Positions 21,101 to 24,100 of a stretch of DNA of 32,000 nt are shown here, piece by piece. Origin of the DNA: Candidatus Poseidoniaceae archaeon (GTDB lineage Archaea > Thermoplasmatota > Poseidoniia > Poseidoniales > Poseidoniaceae); contig CALSTM010000003.1 of assembly GCA_943789275.1 (NCBI GenBank), positions 570,001 through 602,000 on the forward strand. Direction: 5' to 3'. A program made the position numbers and the translations under genes. The notes beneath the pieces are model-generated. The model was not told where the DNA came from. It did no database searches and saw only the letters and a list, made by a program, of their open reading frames with translations. Numbering within the stretch: the first letter of the stretch is position 1; every line of letters begins with the position of its first letter.

Positions 21101-24100
21101 CAACCTTCACACTTCTCGTGACCGTTGCTCCTCCATCTTCAGTGTCGTACAGTCCGAGCTCCTTTACCTTGACAATAAACAACGCCATGACAACGGTCAC
21201 CCCAACTGCGAGCGGTGGTGAAGTCACCTCTTGGTCGATCACACCAACGCTTCCTGCGGGTCTATCGTTTGACCCTTCAACCGGTAATATCAGTGGTACA
21301 CCAACCGCCGTGTCACCTTCAACATCGTACACCGTTACAGCAACCAATCAAGGAGGAAGCGATACTGCAACAGTGACAATCCAAGTCAACGATGTCACTC
21401 CTTACTCGATTGTATACAGTGGAACTCCGTTCACTTTGACGAAAGGTACAGCCATGACATCTGTGACACCAACCAACAGCGGTGGTTCAGTTGATACCTG
21501 GTCGATAACCCCTGCTCTTCCATCAGGCCTGTCCTTGGATACTTCGACCGGTACTCTTTCTGGAACTCCAGGAGTGGTTTCTTCATCTACTACCTACACA
21601 ATTACCGCCGAAAACACCGGTGGTAGTTCGACCGTAACGGTGAGCATCGTCATCAACGACGTTATTCCTTCGGCAATTACATACAGTGGAAATCCGTTTA
21701 CCCTGACTAAAGATACAGCTATGACCACCTCTACTCCAACCGCGAGTGGCGGTAACGTCACGGGTTGGTCGGTCACACCAGAGCTCCCAGCAGGTCTTTC
21801 CTTCGACACCTCTACTGGTGCAATTTCTGGAACTCCGACCGCAATCACTTCATCTGCTTCATACACAGTGACGGCAACCAATACTGGAGGAAGTGCAACG
21901 ACTACCGTGACCGTTGTGGTCAACGATGTCATACCATCATCTCTTGATTACAGTGGAAGTCCATTTGCACTGACGGTAGGGACAACGATGACTGCGAACA
22001 TTCCTACATCTAACGGCGGTGCTGTCACTTCATGGACGGTATCTCCAACCCTCCCAGCAGGTCTCTCTCTTGATTCGACGACAGGAGAGATTTCAGGAAC
22101 GCCAACAGCGATTACTTCATCCGCCACATACACGGTGACTGCAAGCAACACTGGTGGCAGCGACTCAGTCGCTATCACTCTGGTTGTTAACGATGTGACT
22201 CCATCATCCGTCGTCTACGGTGGAAGTCCTTACGTCCTTACGAATAATTCCATCATGACCGCAGACACACCGACTTCGAGTGGAGGATCAGTAGTTTCGT
22301 GGACGATTTCCCCGTCGCTTCCAGCAGGTCTTACCTTGGACAGTTCAACCGGTGAAATCAGTGGAACCCCTACTGAACTCTCTTCGCTATCGACTTACAC
22401 GGTAACAGCAACCAATACTGGAGGCAGTGCAACGGCTACCGTGACCATTGTGGTCAACGACGTAGTTCCAACGGTTTCTTACTCACCAGATGACCTGAGC
22501 ATGACCAACAACACGGTAAGCAGCGACCTACCACTTGCGCCGACATTGACCGGTGCTGGTGAAGTAGTCTCTTGGACCATAAGCCCGGCATTGCCAAATG
22601 GACTTGCGTTTGACACCTCAACCGGTGTGCTTAGCGGAACTGCTATGGAATTACTCGCCCGCACGATGTTTACCATCAACGCAACGAACAGCGGTGGAAC
22701 TGCAACAACATATGTGAACATCACAGTTGTTGATTCAATTCCAACCGTGACGTACCTACCTGACGACTTGAGTATGACCAACGACACGGCAAGCGTAGAT
22801 TTGCCTCTTGCACCGACATTGACCGGTGCAGGTGAAATTGTCTCCTGGACCATCAGTCCAGCTCTACCAAATGGCCTTACGTTTGACACCTCAACTGGTG
22901 TTCTTAGCGGAACACCAATCGAATTATTCAATCGCACTATGTTCACTGTGAATGCAACGAACACCGGTGGAACCGCGACTGCGTACATCAACATCACTGT
23001 GCTTGACAGCGTTCCGATTGTGGAGTATGTCCCAAGTGATATCGAATTGCTCAGTAATTCCAGTGTTGTCGATATTGTTCCTCTTTCCACCGGTGGAGCT
23101 GTTCTGCAATGGTCGATTACACCTGAACTTTCGCCGGGTCTTTCGTTTGACACCTCAACAGGTCGTATCAGCGGTGTCCCTGCTGAAATTAGCAACCAAA
23201 CGCTCTACACAATCACTGCATCCAATGATGATGGAAGTATAATGGCATACGTAAACATCACCGTTGAAGACACTGTTTACGATACAACTGCTGGCCCGAT
23301 CTACATGCTGGATAATACGACCATCAATGCTATCGCTCCGATCTCAACCATAAGTGGTTCTCAGTTTGAGATTCATCCTGCACTACCACAAGGATTGATG
23401 TTCGGTGAGTCGAATGGAACGATATACGGCACTCCTACTGAAGTTATTGGTCTTACGAACTTTACCATCTATTCGAACTCGAGCCTGTTCAACGACAGTT
23501 TCAAAGTGCAACTTCAAGTTCTCGCCGACACCGATGGCGATTCTATGCCTGACCAATTGCCTGAGAACTACAACTCTACAGGCGGCCTCGTCGAAGACTT
23601 GGACGATGACGGCGATGGTTTCACTGATGCCGATGAAGAAGATTGTCTTTCAGCCTCGCTCGACTTGAATTCCGTGCCACTTGACCTCGATGGGGACAAT
23701 GTGTGTGACGCTCTCGATGACGATATCGACGGCGATGGTCTGCCCAACAGCGTTGAAGACAACAGCGGTATTTTCACGTCGGTCAACAGTACAGGAACAG
23801 ACCCATTGAATGCAGATACAGACGGAGATGGAATCTGTGACGGACCAACAGCCATCAACGGAACTTGCACTCTGGGCCCAGATGCATTCCCGAACGACAA
23901 ATCCGCATCCATCGACACCGACGGTGATGGAATGCCGGACGAATTAAACGGCACCTCGACCAGTACTCCGCCTCTTGTCGAGGATACTGACGATGATGAC
24001 GATTCCGTTCTCGATGTTGATGATGCTTTCCCACTTGATGAAAACGAAACCGTCGATACAGATGGTGATGGAACCGGAGACAACGAAGACACCGACGATG

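Larger units (their letters stand above)
6454..23523 (+). repeat. Array of 64 tandem Ig-like (He_PIG/cadherin-like) domain repeats
   Basis: I delimited the units by hand on the VND / ISGTP landmarks. Units 7-60 start at 8044+267*(n-7), which I verified at 8044, 11248, 13384 and 22462. Confidence 0.9.

Noticed and set aside
7530-23195. Dozens of minus-strand ORFs (66-238 aa) inside gene B, e.g. 8244..8498, 9312..9566, 10380..10634, 19725..20246, 22479..23195
   Set aside because: They recur at exact multiples of 267 bp and have V/P/G/E-rich antisense-type composition (..PVLVAVTVY..GVPEI.PVEV..). They lie entirely within the intact sense ORF and arise from stop-poor antisense frames of a repetitive gene.
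6454-23523. Regular 267-bp repeats as a possible CRISPR or satellite array
   Set aside because: The units are contiguous with no unique spacers, far longer than CRISPR repeats, and sit in one open reading frame with conserved protein motifs. No cas genes are present.
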